Source of the DNA: Octopus sinensis
Lineage: Eukaryota
NCBI RefSeq assembly: GCF_006345805.1
Contig: NC_042997.1
Span: 159,898,001 to 159,962,000, forward strand
Direction: 5' to 3'
Length of the DNA: 64,000 nucleotides
Of the stretch, positions 27,818 to 40,928 are shown one piece after another. Below the pieces are notes generated by a model, which was not told the origin of the DNA, did no database searches, and worked only from the letters and a program-made list of their open reading frames with translations. Position numbers and translations under genes: made by a program. How positions within the stretch are numbered: position 1 is the first letter of the stretch; each line of letters begins with the position of its first letter.

Positions 27818-28845
27818 TATTATTATTCAGTAGTTTTATCTTTATAGCGTGCTTTCACTTCACTACCGAGCACATCTCGGTGTGCCTTGGGTATGTGCTG
27901 TGATTTGTTGTGATTCTCTGATGGTTATTGTATGGAAAGTGTTCTGCGTAGGATGTGTGCAGTGCCTAGTAGTGCAATTTTCTGTATGTTATATGTGTTT
28001 GTAAGTCCTGGTGTTTTGTTATGTATTTGTCTGAATATTTTTTTATCATGCCTAATGCACCTACTATGATAGGAATTGTTTCTGTTTTCAGATTCCACAT
28101 TCTAGTTACCTCTATTTCCAGGTCTTTGTATTTGGAGAGTTTCTCCATTTCTTTTAGAGACACGTTGTCATCAGCCGGTATTGATACATCAATTAGAAAG
28201 CATTTTTTTTCTTCATGATCTCTGACAACTATATCTGGTCTGTTGGCCTTAATTTCTCTATCTGTGTGTATCGGCATATCCCAGAGTATGGTTGCTTTCT
28301 CGTTTTCTGTGACCTTTTCTGGTGTGTGCCTATACCATCTTTTTTCTGTTGTTATTCCATAATGTTGGCATAGCTTCCAATGTATGTAGGTTCCAACTCT
28401 GTCATGTCTGTGAATATATTCCTTCTTAGCCAAGACTGGGCAGCTAGAGATAATATGATTTATTGTTTCTTGTCCATCTCCACATATTCTGCAGTTACTT
28501 GTAATATTTCTTTTCATCACATGTTTTTGGTAATTTCTGGTGGGGAGGCTTTGGTCTTGTGCTGCAATTAAAAATCCCTCTGTTTCTGCTTAGAGTCCTG
28601 AGCTTCTCAACCATTGCTGGGATTTTTCTTTGTCTATTTCTTTTGCCTTTAGTTTAGTGGAGTATTTACCATGAAGGGGCTTTTCTTGCCATCGTTTTAT
28701 CATGGTTCGTTGCTGTTCTATTTTTAGTTTGGATTTCATTTGTTTTATAGCTTTTGTTGTTTCTTCATCATCTTCTTCTTCTTCTTCATGTTTATTAGTT
28801 GGTATGATTTCTTGTTTGTATTTCTTGTATGATTTCTTGTCTGTA
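20470..28845 (-). repeat. Tandem array of four family A LINE fragments with compound ATT/ATC spacers
   Basis: Unit 3' ends at 20470, 22918, 25362 and 27828 (periods 2448, 2444, 2466). Units 1-3 are truncated at the same base. All four carry the same stop after SSGL. Confidence 0.95.
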
Positions 28846-28865
28846 TTATTATTATTATTATTATT

Positions 28866-29415
28866 GAGTGAGAGAGCAGTTCATGCCATCAAAGTGACAC
28901 TGGGGTGAAATATACGACGCCCAGTATACCCATCATGACTACCCGTCTGATAAAGGTACACCAGGCACATGCATCACAACCATATGTGCGCGACATGGTG
29001 ATCTCATATCAAGATAAACAGCATATGACCTTGCAGGTGGGTCCCAGTTAGAATTTTATTCAGATCGAGTAACCCATCCCGCTCAAAAGGTCCCTGAATA
29101 AGGGTTGTTTAAGGACGTTGAACGAAACACCCATGTTTCCAGAGGTGAATTATTCAAACCCCAAAGAATCCTTCTCAACACATGGCTATGATGCTCCCCC
29201 ACTACTTCTGCTCGTGATCAGAGATGCACATATCGTCAGCCACTAAGGGAAATGCTCAACTGGTTAAGGTCAAACAACTGACAAGCAAATCTGTGGCATT
29301 GAGCAGACTATTTGATGTAGCCCATCTTTTATACCAAGACAAAGCAATGTACATGATAACACTTCCAATCAGTTAAGATCAGAAGCCATGAGAGCCACTG
29401 CCTGGTACTGCATCT
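28866..29415 (-). mobile_element. ~550-bp AAT-embedded element (copy 2)
   Basis: Homology to 10091-10641; (ATT)n flanks. Confidence 0.75.
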
Positions 29416-29449
29416 ATTATTATTATTTTTATTATTATTACTATTGTTA

Positions 29450-31750
29450 TAGACGTCGCACATTATATAATATCGTGAGGTTGCTGATTGAAGATATTGT
29501 GTCTACCGGGTGTTTGTACTGTTGTCAAGTAATAAGGACCTCTAGATTGTAGGATATTTCTTAATTTTTCTGATATTTATTTCAGATTGGATGGCGGTGA
29601 GACCAAATACTCAGATGTCAATAAGAATAACATTTATGTTTGTCTTTTGCAGCTGCCACATCTTAGCGATCTCACTTCTCAGGTCTCCATATTTATCAAC
29701 TTTTGCTACTTCTTTCATGATGATATGTTTATCTTCTGGTACTGCCACATCAATTATTAGGCACTTTTGTTTGTCCCTTCTAAAGGTACTACATCCAGCC
29801 GTCGGAGATCTAACATCTTGTCTGTCTGGAAGTTAAAGTTCCAGCGGATTTTTGCTTTCCCTTTTTTAAACATTACCTTTTCCAGTGTATGTTGGTACCA
29901 AGCACCCGTAACCTCATATCCATAGTTACGGCATAGTAGCCAATGGAGGTTTTGAGCTACCTTGTCGTGTCTGTGCTTGTACTCTTTCTGTGCAACACTT
30001 TCACAACCACTAACAATGTGAGTCACGCTTTCGACTCTCTTTCCATACATTCTGAGGAGTTATGTTGCTCTTTCGTGATATATATTCTTTTTCTCTGAGT
30101 TGGTATTCAATGACTAGTCCTGGTCAGCGATGATTAGGTTTTCGGTATTCTTTTTTAGGTCGAGCGAGCTGGCAGAAATGTTAGCACGCCGGGTGAAATA
30201 CTTAGTGGTATTTCGTCTGCCGCTACGTTCTGAGTTCAAATTCCGCCGAGGTCGACTTTGCCTTTCATCCTTTCGATGTCGATTAAATAAGTACCAGTTA
30301 TGCACTGGGGGCGATATAATCGACTTAATCCGTTTGTCTGCCCTTGTGTGCCTCTCTGTGTTTAGCCCCTTGTGGGTAGTAAAGAAGTAGGTATTTCGTC
30401 TGCCGCTACGTTCTGAGTTCAAGTTCCGCCGAGGTCGACTTTGCCATTCATCCTTTCGGGGTCGATGAAATAAGTACCGGTTACGCACTGTGGTCGATAT
30501 AATCGACTTAATCCGTTTGTCTGTCCTTGTTTGTCCCCTCTGTGTTTAGCCCCTTCTGGGCAGTAAAGAAATATGTTCTTTTTTAGGTCATCCTTCCGGA
30601 GCCACCTTCATGATGCTTCTTGATCTTTTCAGTCGTTGGTTTCACGGTGGAACGGACCTTGTAATTCCATGCGGAGTACGGTTTCTTCTCTCTCATTGGC
30701 TGTTCTTGATGGGAATTTATGAGCACTCTCAAGTCTATTTTTGTTAAATCCTTCTGCTTGAGCTGCAAATTGTAGCAAGTCTTTTTTGCTGTTTACCAAA
30801 TATTCTCCCATGTTTCTTCTTTCACTGTTGATGCACACCCGTACGCTAATCAGCCCACGTTCACCTTTATGTACCCCACTTCATATAGATCCTTAGAACC
30901 TATTCGCCTTAGGGTGAAGTGCGCCAAACATTGTCATTGTCTTTCATGCAATGCGATCGAGTTGGTTAATCTCCACTTGTGTCCACTTCAGAATGGGTGC
31001 ATTATAGCGGACTATAGCAACAGCTTATATGTTGATGGCAGTTCCAAGGTTCGTTGATTTGAAATTTGATTTCAAGAGAAGTTTGAGGCGCTTGAAATAT
31101 GAAGTGATGACCTCCTCTTTATTTCTCTGTGCAAGATATTGTCCAGCGTCAGGATCCCAGGGTACTTGTACCCATTATCAACCGAGTCGTCCATTCCCTC
31201 ACTGTTTGGCAATTTTATGCCCCTTCGAACCAAGCCCCGCAAACACTTCAAGATACCGAATTCCGTTCCTATATCCTTGCTTCACATTTGCACAGTCTCA
31301 ACCAACCTCTCCATTTCAGTTTCTGCTTTTGCGAACAGTTTTAAATCATCCATGAAGAGAATGTTGAGATGAGGTGAATTCATTCTCGGCTCGTTGACTT
31401 TGCGTTGACTAGTGCACGCTGACTTTGCGTTGGTCTACAGAAAGTGGGACCAAGGCTATAACATATAACAGAGGTGAATATGAGTCTCTTTGGAAAAAAG
31501 TCTCTCTTGATTGTTTCATCTGCTAAGTGGTGGTTTTTACAGGAAAGATGTGGTTTCCAACTAAGCATGCTGTTCTTAATCAGCGCACACACGTTCTCAG
31601 CTATTCCATTCATGACAAGTGTTTCTAAAATCCAAGAACGCGGCAACATGTCGTAAGCATTTTTGAAGTCTGTCTATGCATAAGTTTTTTTTTTTTTGGT
31701 ACTGTTTACACTTCTTCCTTATAACCTTGTCTGTCAAAAGGTGGTCCTAT
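29450..31750 (-). mobile_element. R4/Dong-like LINE family D, 5'-truncated, degenerate, interrupted by a SINE dimer
   Basis: DFKNAYDMLPRSWILETL (RT domain 3 region); ESVTHIVSGC..RHDKV knuckle/RHD in ORF 29757..30050. Confidence 0.8.
30162..30575 (+). mobile_element. tRNA-derived SINE (type 2) dimer with 14-bp TSD
   Basis: A-box-like agctggcagaaatgttagc and B-box gagttcaaattcc. The second unit, from 30390, lacks the A box. TSD ttcttttttaggtc at 30148-30161 and 30576-30589. Confidence 0.88.
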
Positions 31751-31765
31751 CATTATTTATTTTTT

Positions 31766-32271
31766 ACTGGGGTAAAACGTACGAAGCCCAGTATACCCAT
31801 CATGACTAACCGAGACACATGCATCACAACCATATGTGCACGAGATGGTGATCTCATATCAAGATAAACAGCATATGACCTTGCAGGTGGGTCCCAGTTA
31901 GAAATGTTTCTGACCGACTAGCACATCCCACTCTAAAGGTCCCTGAATAAGAGTTGTTTAAGGATGTTGAACGAAACACCCATGTTTCCAGAGTTGAATT
32001 ATTCAAAACCCAAAGAATCCCTCTCAACACATGGCTATGATGCTCCCCCACTACTTCTGCTCGTGATCAGAGATGCACATATCGTCAGCCATTAAGGAAC
32101 ATGCTCAACTGGTTAAGGTCAAACAACTGATAAGCAAATCCGTGGTGTTGAGCAGAAATTTTGCTGTAGCCCATCTTTTATACCAAGACAAAACAATGTA
32201 CATGATAACACTTCCAATCAGTTAAGATTAGAAGTCACGAGAACCAATGTCTGTTACTGCATCAGGGCGTC

Positions 32272-32272
<1 letters not shown>
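31766..32272 (-). mobile_element. ~550-bp AAT-embedded element (copy 3, 3'-clipped)
   Basis: Homology to the other copies. Lacks the last ~35 bp and has a small internal deletion. Confidence 0.72.
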
Positions 32273-32328
<56 letters not shown>

Positions 32329-32329
32329 G

Positions 32330-32850
32330 TTTTTTCCTTCTTTCTTCAAATTTTCCGTTTCTCGCCGAGTGCTTTCCATACACCTAGGGCAGAGAAGCTC
32401 ATCTGAATCTAAAAATTAATAAATAAATAGATTCATGGATGGATGTTGTTTTCACAGCGATAATGCTCTTCCCAGTACATAAGCCGTTCCAGTTAATACG
32501 ATTTTTTGCACTTCCTGTAGGGATGGTAAGCCTGGAATCATTTTCAAATAGGTTTCAGCACCTTTTTTTATCATTCCTAGAGATCCTACAATCACTGGTA
32601 CTGTAGTCGCCTTGAGATGCCACATTTTCTCAATTTCTATTAGCAAGTCTTTATATTTACTAATCTTGTCAAATTCTTTCGCCGCCATATTGTGATCGCA
32701 AGGAATACTCATGTCAATTAATAAACACATCTTTTTGTCTGATCGTTTATAATAATATCCGGTTTATTAGCTTTTAACATCTTTTTTGTCTGCTCTTTTA
32801 TAATAATATCCGGTGTATTTGCATTTAACATCTTTTTGTCTGATCTTTTA
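32330..32850 (-). mobile_element. R4/Dong-like LINE family F 3' fragment
   Basis: ORF 32452..32730 (LIDMSIPCD..KISKYKDL..TAYVLGRALSL). Three ~53-bp tandem copies of the KPDII-coding segment lie at its 5' junction. Confidence 0.8.
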
Positions 32851-32878
32851 TAATAATAATAATGATAATAATAATAAC

Positions 32879-32987
<109 letters not shown>

Positions 32988-33012
32988 CATAATAATAATA
33001 ATAATAATAATA

Positions 33013-36000
33013 ACACCGGAGGACTTTAAGATGTGAACACCGGGGGACGTTTAAGAAGTGAACACCGGGGGACGTTTAAGATGTAACACCGGGGGACGTT
33101 TAAGATGTAAGAAGGAAAATACAGAGCTCCAAAATCTATCCACAAACATCGAAAACAAGGACATCCTATGGAGCCAAAGATTTACTAACAAAGAATTGGA
33201 CTGTATCCGAGTAAGTAATACTAATTGAAATTTATTACTATTTTCGAAACGAAATGATGTATTTTGACTCGATATCATCTCCACCTCTAACACAACACAT
33301 GTAAACATGCGTGGAACATCACGATCATCCCCGACCCCAAACACCATGTACAAAGGAACTACGAAGAAATTAAATGCCACCGATAATATTCAACCCAAGA
33401 ATAACAATCGAGCTGTACGTACATTAAACTTACAACAAAAAATGTACGAAAAACTACACGTGCGAAATAATGTGACAACAGATTTAAACGGACCGGTACC
33501 CTACGAAAATGACGACCGTCAAAATAATGGGCCGGACGTTGTACCTCATGTCCCGCAAATAAAACCCAAAAGACGTAAATGGACGTGAGGAATACATTTC
33601 TATCTTACACGCATAATTCACAGCAGTGCTCTACCCAAAAAATGAAAATACAACAACACATAAATATAAAATATGAAAGGAAAATAATAGAGATATAGAC
33701 TTGGATGCAGCAATGAACCCTAATAAATTAGCTAACGTACGAAGATGCATTCTCAACACAAAAAAATATCAGAAATAGAAATAGAACATTAAAAGAAAAA
33801 ATACACCAGGAAAATGTAGATAGAAGCCACACAACAATGCCCAATAATATAAACACTGAAACTGTAAAACACGAAGACAAACGCAACATTCCCAACAAAC
33901 ACGATGTAAACAACGAAGGGGAGCCTAATGATTATGATAATATAAAAAATAAAATAATCAAAGAACTGAAAACCACAGAGCTCAAAATGGAGCACCGACC
34001 ATACCTCCCAAGAATCAAAATAAACGAAATAACAACACCAATTATAAACAGCATAAACCTAGCCGTCACTGAACTAATAGCCACTGAAACAAAAAAAAGT
34101 GATATCAATGAGCTAAATGACTTAATATACGCAGCAGCCACTGCAGCCACAAAAGAAGCTGGATACTCACCCAAACCCGCCCAAACAGGAGTACCTCCAC
34201 CCAAACAAACCCTGTGGATAAATAACATCCAAAACAAAGTAAAAAAAAATTCGAAACGACCTGTCGATTCTTAATGAAATCAGCAAAGAATCAACGCTAC
34301 TGAGCAACAAAAAGAGAACAAAAATACTCCGCAAATATAACATCACAGAGCAAGATATGCCGGAGATAAAAGAAAAGCTGAAGCAAGATATCCTTGCCAA
34401 AGCACAAAGGATCCGCCGGTACGAGAAACACCAACGCTTCTTTGAACAAAACAAAAAGTTCAACTCCAACGCCAAAAAGTTCTACCAAGAACTGGGCAAA
34501 AATAAAATAGAAGTCACTGCAGCACCAACGGCAGAAGAATTGGAAGAATTCTGGGGAGAAATATGGTCGGCGAACGAACAACCAAAAAAAGGAGTATCAA
34601 AATAACAAACTCGGCATCTGAACAACTTTGGACCCCATAACAACTGAAGAGGTCACCCAGGCACTGCAAAGACTAAGCAACTGGAAGGCACCTGGGCATG
34701 ACAAGATCCCCAACTTCTGGTTGAAATATCTAACAGGAATGCACAAAAAGCTGGCTGAAAACTTTAACAACATACTAGCAAAGCCAGAGACAATGTCTGA
34801 ATGGCTCACGAAGGGGAAAACCATCTTAATTCCCAAATCAAATGAAACAGCAAAACCAGAAAACTACAGACCAATAACCTGCCTCCCTACTATGTTCAAG
34901 GCATTTACTGCAGTGATATCGGAAAGGCTGAACAAGCACCTGGACGAAAACAAACTGTTCCCAGAAGAGCAGAAAGGATGCCGCAAAGGCTCATATGGCT
35001 GTAAAGATCAACTAATGATTAATAAAGCCATAACTGAAGACAGCCACAGAAAGAAGAAAGGCCTCAGTATGGCCTGGATCGACTACAAAAAGGCGTTTGA
35101 TAGCATCCTCCAAACATGGATCCTCGAAACACTAGCCATTAACAAAGTCGCACCAACAATCATAAAATTCATAGAGCACTCTATGAATAAATGGCAAACA
35201 GTCCTACACCTCCAAACAAAAGAGAGACTCATGAAAACCAAAGACATCCCCATTAGAAGAGGAATATTCCAGGGAGACACGCTCTCTCCACTCCTTTTCT
35301 GCTTGGCATTGTCACCTCTATCTGATATACTAAATAGAACTGGATGCGGATATAAATGTTACGGCAAAACGATCAGCCACCTTTTATATATGGATAACCT
35401 AAAACTATACGCTGCAAATGACAAACAGCTGGAAACACTATTAAAGACAGTTCATGGATTTACCAAAGAAATAGATATGAAATTTGGATTAGAAAAATGC
35501 GCCAAAGTAACCATGAAAAGAGGAAAACTAGTTAAGAGTAACAACATCACACTAGATAAATCCAATGAAATAAAAGAATTAGACCAAAGCCAAACTTACA
35601 AATACTTAGGAATCCATGAACTAGATAAGACACAACACACACAAATGAAAGAGAAAATAAAAAAAGAATATTATAGACGAGTTAGATCAATACTAAAAAC
35701 AGAGCTCAATGCTAAAAACAAGATAATAGGTATCAACACTTTAGCTGTCCCAGTTATAAGTTACAGCTACAATATCCTTAATTGGACACGAAATGAACTG
35801 ACCAAAATAGATAGGAAAACAAGAAAAATAATGACAGGATCTAGGATGCATCACCCAAAATCTGACATAGAAAGACTATATATACAACGTATAGAAGGTG
35901 GTAGAGGCCTTATACAGCTGGAAAACTACTATAAAATAACCACCATAGGACTGCAAAAATATCTACTTCAGAAGGAAGGAAAACTGATCCAGATAGCGGC

Positions 36001-36402
36001 AAAACACGAGCAAAACAAAAAACTGTTCTCAGTATTTAAGGAAGCTGACAAATACAAACAAGAAATCATACCACCTAATAAACATGAAGAAGAAGAAGAA
36101 GAAGAAGAAGAAACAACAAAAGCTATAAAACAAATGAAATCCAAACTAAAAATAGAACAGCAACGAACCATGATAAAACGATGGCAAGAAAAGCCCCTTC
36201 ATGGTAAATACCATGTGTCTCTAAAAGAAATGGAGAAACTTTCAAAATACAAAGACCTGGAAATAGAGGTATCCAGAATGTGGAATCTAAAAACAGAAAC
36301 AATTCCTATCAGAGTATCACAACAAATCACAGCACGTACCTAAGGCACACAGAGCTGCGCTCGGTAGTGAAGTGAAAGCACGCTATGAAAATAAAACTAC
36401 TG
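33013..36402 (+). mobile_element. Family A LINE, right-arm copy, with REL-core deletion
   Basis: ORF 34628..36343 (RT with YMDN). An in-frame ~0.5-kb deletion at about 36212 joins KPLHGKY to HVSLKEMEK. Four ~25-bp tandem repeats at the 5' end. Confidence 0.92.
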
Positions 36403-36406
36403 AATA

Positions 36407-36443
<37 letters not shown>

Positions 36444-36444
36444 C

Positions 36445-36682
36445 ATATACGGGAACTGCCCATATCCTACGTAAAATACTGTCGATGTAATCTCAAATTT
36501 TAAAACAAACATAAGTTTCTTATAGTTTCTTAAACATTCTCTAGAACAACCCTATGTACAAAACCAAATTTATGGCACCCTAGGCATGGCACCAACATGA
36601 ACTTCTAACTTGTTGTCTCTTGAGGTCTCTGGGTGAGACTTGGAGCCAACTTGAACAAATGCAAAGCAAAATTCAAACATAA
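36445..36682 (+). mobile_element. Family B 3' stub, right-arm-specific insertion in (AAT)n
   Basis: GTAHILRKILSM-like end plus the family B UTR. Absent at the mirror position 13272-13292. Confidence 0.8.
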
Positions 36683-36819
36683 AATAATAATAATAATAAT
36701 AATAATAATTATTATTATTATTATTATAATAATAATAACACTAATAATGATTTGGACCCGTGAAAAATTAACGGAAAACAGTGTACTGGTACTATGAGAA
36801 ATGTTTGTATATTATGACC

Positions 36820-36960
36820 ATCTGTTTTTACGTCCTGAGTTCAAACTCTGCCGAGTTTGACTTTGCCTTTCATCCTTTGGAGATCGATAAATTAAGAACC
36901 AGCTGTGTACTGTGGTCGATTTAATCAATTAGGCCCCTCTCCACAAAAATTGCAGGCCTA
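36820..36960 (+). mobile_element. Type 2 SINE fragment
   Basis: ctgagttcaaactctgccgag..gactttgcctttcatccttt matches 30230-30270. Confidence 0.7.
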
Positions 36961-37084
36961 GAAAAGTATATTGTGACACTTACAGAATATAGAATGTAAT
37001 GTAGCACCAATGACTATATAATCGAGCCAAAATATCTAAGTTACACAAACGTAAACGGAATTATTATTTAACCTTAGAATACAT

Positions 37085-37607
37085 ACTCTTTTACTCTTTT
37101 ACTTGTTTCAGTCATTTGACTGCGGCCATGCTGGAGCACCGCCTTTAGTCGAGCAAATCGCCCCCGGGACTTATTCTTTGTAAGCCCAGTACTTATTCTA
37201 TCGGTCTCTTTTGCCGAACCGCTAAGCAACGGGGACGTAAACACACCAGCATCGGTTGTCGAGCAAATCGACCCCAGGAGTTATTCTTTGTAAGCCTAGT
37301 ACTTAATCTATCGGCCTCTTTCGCCGGAACCGCCAGGTTACGGGGACGTAAACACACCACCATCGGTTGTCAAGTGATGGTGGGGGGACAAACACAGATA
37401 CACAAACACACACACACATACACATATATGTATACATATATACGACAGGCTTCTTTCAGTTTCCGTCTACCAAATCCACTCACAAGGCATTGGTCGGCCC
37501 GGGGCTATAGCAGAAGACACTTACCCAAGATGCCACGCAGTGGGACTGAACACGGAACCAAGAGGTTGGTTAGCAAGCTACTTACCACACAGCCACTCCT
37601 GCGCCTA
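37085..37607 (-). mobile_element. Type 1 SINE with internal ~100-bp duplication
   Basis: Same head and tail as 17326-17680. The gagcaaatcg..cacaccagcatcggttgtc segment is present twice. Confidence 0.85.
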
Positions 37608-37874
37608 CATATTCAAAGATCCTTCTTGGATTAGTACTACGGAAACTTTTTCTGGTATTTTTTTAGTCTTTTACTTGTTTCAGTCATTTGACAGTGGCCA
37701 TGCTACAGCACCTCTCATTAGTCGAAGAAATTGACCCCTGGACTCCCTGTAAGCCTGGTTCTTATTCTATCTGTCTCTTCTGCTGAACAGCTAAATTACA
37801 GAGACGCAAACGCACCAACATCGGTGTGAAGCAATGATGGTGGTGGAACACATACACACTCATACATACATACA

Positions 37875-37910
<36 letters not shown>

Positions 37911-38039
37911 TGATGGGCTTGGAGGTAGTGACGCAGGCTGGTGCGACTTTGTGGTTTGCTGGTATGCTGAGAGATCCAGCGCACAATCATATACATACAA
38001 ACATACACATACATGCACACACATACACAAACACATACT

Positions 38040-38111
<72 letters not shown>

Positions 38112-38179
38112 CAGACAATCAGACAGTAAGTATCAGATAGTCCACAACGAAATTTTCACCTCTCTTTCTCCCTCTTTCT

Positions 38180-38218
<39 letters not shown>

Positions 38219-38239
38219 TCCTACTGGTTACTTTGTCAC

Positions 38240-40600
38240 TGATGCGCTCAGGCTTAGGCATCTCTGGCTTTACTTGGACGGTGAGCAGGTGTGGTCTCCG
38301 TTCGTCAAGCTGTTATTAACACAGTTCACATCGTTTACCAAACTAAACAGCCAAGGAAGTCGAAGATGCACCTACTTGCATGCATGTACACCAAGTGGCA
38401 GCAGAACGGGAGATCTAGGGTGCGGAAAGTCAACTTCGTCGTATGCAGACGACACCACCGTCATCGTAGTCCGGTTCGAGCACCAACAGTGGGTAGGTGA
38501 GGCCTTAAGGGATTACGAAGCGGTGGTAGGAGCGAAAATCAACCAGGACAAATCGATCGGCTTGCAACTCGGCATCAGGAGGTGCAAGTCGATGCCTTCC
38601 GACAGCGTCGTGGGACGTTGGACGGAAGGGCCGGTGAAAATGCTTGGAATCTGGTTAGGTCCAGATTTCCTGATACAGAAGAATTAGAGCGAGGTGGCGA
38701 GCAAGGTAGCTCTCCTAACTCACACCTGGTCTGAGCAGAAGCTGTCCTTGAAAGGGAGGGCGGAGTTTGCAGAGGTGTTTATTGCTTCTATAATCACTTA
38801 CCGCCTGACTGTCGTGCCTTGCCCCGATTCGTGGCTGAACAAACTGGAACGCATGGTTTTTCGCTTTTTGTGGACGAGCAGCAGACCTCTTGTAAGGCGC
38901 TCTATCTGCTGCCAAAAGCCGCTGAAGGGAGGGCTAGAGATGCCGTGGCTAACAATGCGCAGACATGCGCTCAGGCTGAGGCATCTCTCGCTTTACCTGG
39001 GCGGTGAGCAGGTGTGGTCTCCGTTCGTCAAGCTGTTATTTCTACAGTTCACATCGTTTACCGAAGTGAACCCATGGATCAAGTGTAGACTGAGGTTGGG
39101 CGTGTGGCATGCAGAGTGCCATCAGGCACTCGTGTTTCTCTCCCAGTCGGGCAACGCCGGTGGCGAGGTACTATCTTGTTCTTCTACAGAGTGTTAGTAG
39201 AGTTCAAGTGTAACGACGTCCTTGGAGAAACCTAGGCTTCGACGAAGATCAACTGGCCAACCTGTTTCAAAGAACATTTCGGCCGAGGCCTATGGATAAT
39301 TACCAAAAGTCCCTGGTCTGGCAATGTACAGAGGAGCTTTACCGGCTCGAGTTAAGCTCTTTAGACATGGGTGTGCGCCTTCACCAGTTTGTGCAAGATG
39401 CGAGCAGGACAGTGGAACTGTCCAGCACGCGATTGTGCAAAGCCCCAAGATGACTGAGCTCTGGGCTTATGTCGAACACCTGCTGTCGCATTCGAGAAGA
39501 GTACAACTGTCTAGCGAATCTGTAATTAAGATCGTACCGCCGATCCCTGTATAGGGAGGAGCAAGCCTGTTTTCTCTCGGTAGTTGCAATGGCGAAAGAA
39601 GTAGTATGGAAGACGAGAGTGAAAGGAATTACAACAGGCATGTTCATCTCCAGTCTCGAGCTAATCGACTTTTTCGTTTTCCACATGAAACGGAAAATAA
39701 GGCTGGAGAAGAAATGCCTGTCGCAAAGGGTGTTTGGTAAATGATGGAAGTCTATAGCAAGTATGTTGCGAGTGAAAGAACCTGTTTAAACGAGAATATA
39801 AAAAGAAGAAAACAAAGTCTTCAGTGTAAGTATGTGGTTGTGAGGTCGACCGTGTCTTCCGCTTCATTTTGTGTAAATCACTCATTCTTATTTAATTATA
39901 TATATTTTGATTGTTTGTTTATTGATACGTTTCGTCTCACTCGATACCCTGACCCCAATGTTTGTTTTGTTTGTCCTCGTATCATCTCCTCTTTTTCTCA
40001 ACCCTATGATTAATAAAGAAATTCTCTCTCACTTTCTCTCTTGCTTCCTCTATGAAAACACAAAACGAACGCCGTCACCACTCACTGTCTCTCTCACTCT
40101 CTCTCTTTCTCTCTCACTCTCTCTCTTACTTCTTCTCTATGTCCCTCTCTCTCGCTTATCCACTTCTTTGAAGTGTGACACACACCACATGTACACAGAA
40201 AAAAAAAGATAGCGTATTAATATCATTGATAATAATAATAATCATTGGAACCCATAACAAAACCAAGCAAAATAACGGCGGAGGGATAATCAGGAATACA
40301 CTAAAATAGTTGATTCATGAGTTACAAACACACTACTATGCAACGCCTCTCCAAAATCATACAAGAGTAAACTTATACTGTAAATACACAACAAAATGAA
40401 CAAAACCCACAACATGTGCCATAGAAGGCCGATACCCGACAGAAGAACACATCCAGCGCTACAGAAACAACACACAATCTAAAAACTAATCCAGCAAAAG
40501 ACTCAAAGAAAATCCCATAACAAAACGTACTGGTACAATACAACTAATGATGCTAGACCTTTAAGGAAAGGCCTCTCACTCGGCAATGGTTCAATAAAGA
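38240..40600 (+). mobile_element. L1/Tx1-like LINE fragment (RT end, thumb, zf-RVT, probable 3' UTR)
   Basis: YADDTTVIV, W..QKLSLKGRA, FRFLW..KGGL and CARC motifs. ~100-bp direct repeat at 38242-38341 and 38965-39063. Confidence 0.82.
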
Positions 40601-40891
40601 TACAAATTGTCCACAGTATTTCACTTTGCTTATCAGTTATATTGACTCTTTTTATCATTTTCATAAGTCTGTATTTTCATAAGTCTTGGGTTGGTCTGTA
40701 ATTATTTCCTCTGTAGTATCTTCTTCAGCTGTAAATTCATGCTTTTATCCCTTACTGATTGTTTAATTAGGTCAGTCTCTAATTCAGTTAGGAAGCTTGT
40801 TAATGCTATTATTATTATTATAATTATTGTGTTGTTGTTGTTGTTATTATTATTGTTGTTGTTGTTGTTGTTATTATTATTATTATTATTA

Positions 40892-40928
<37 letters not shown>

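Noticed and set aside
8941-28571. Recurrent antisense ORFs (MESVLRRMC..., MYVGSNSV..., MVRCCSIF...)
   Set aside because: They recur only because they lie opposite repeated LINE copies.
20470-28845. CRISPR-like or gene-family interpretation of the regular repeats
   Set aside because: The units are kilobase LINE fragments and the context is eukaryotic. There is no short repeat with unique spacers and no cas genes.
29085-29145. Hammerhead-like cctgaataag...cgaaac in the 550-bp element
   Set aside because: The core is CUGAAUA rather than CUGANGA, and no consistent stems are present.
30162-30250. tRNA gene
   Set aside because: The A/B boxes belong to SINE heads that continue into SINE body and tail; no full cloverleaf.
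33085-33250. HDV-like ribozyme at the family A 5' end (known in some REL LINEs)
   Set aside because: I could not build the nested double pseudoknot by eye. A descriptor search would be needed.
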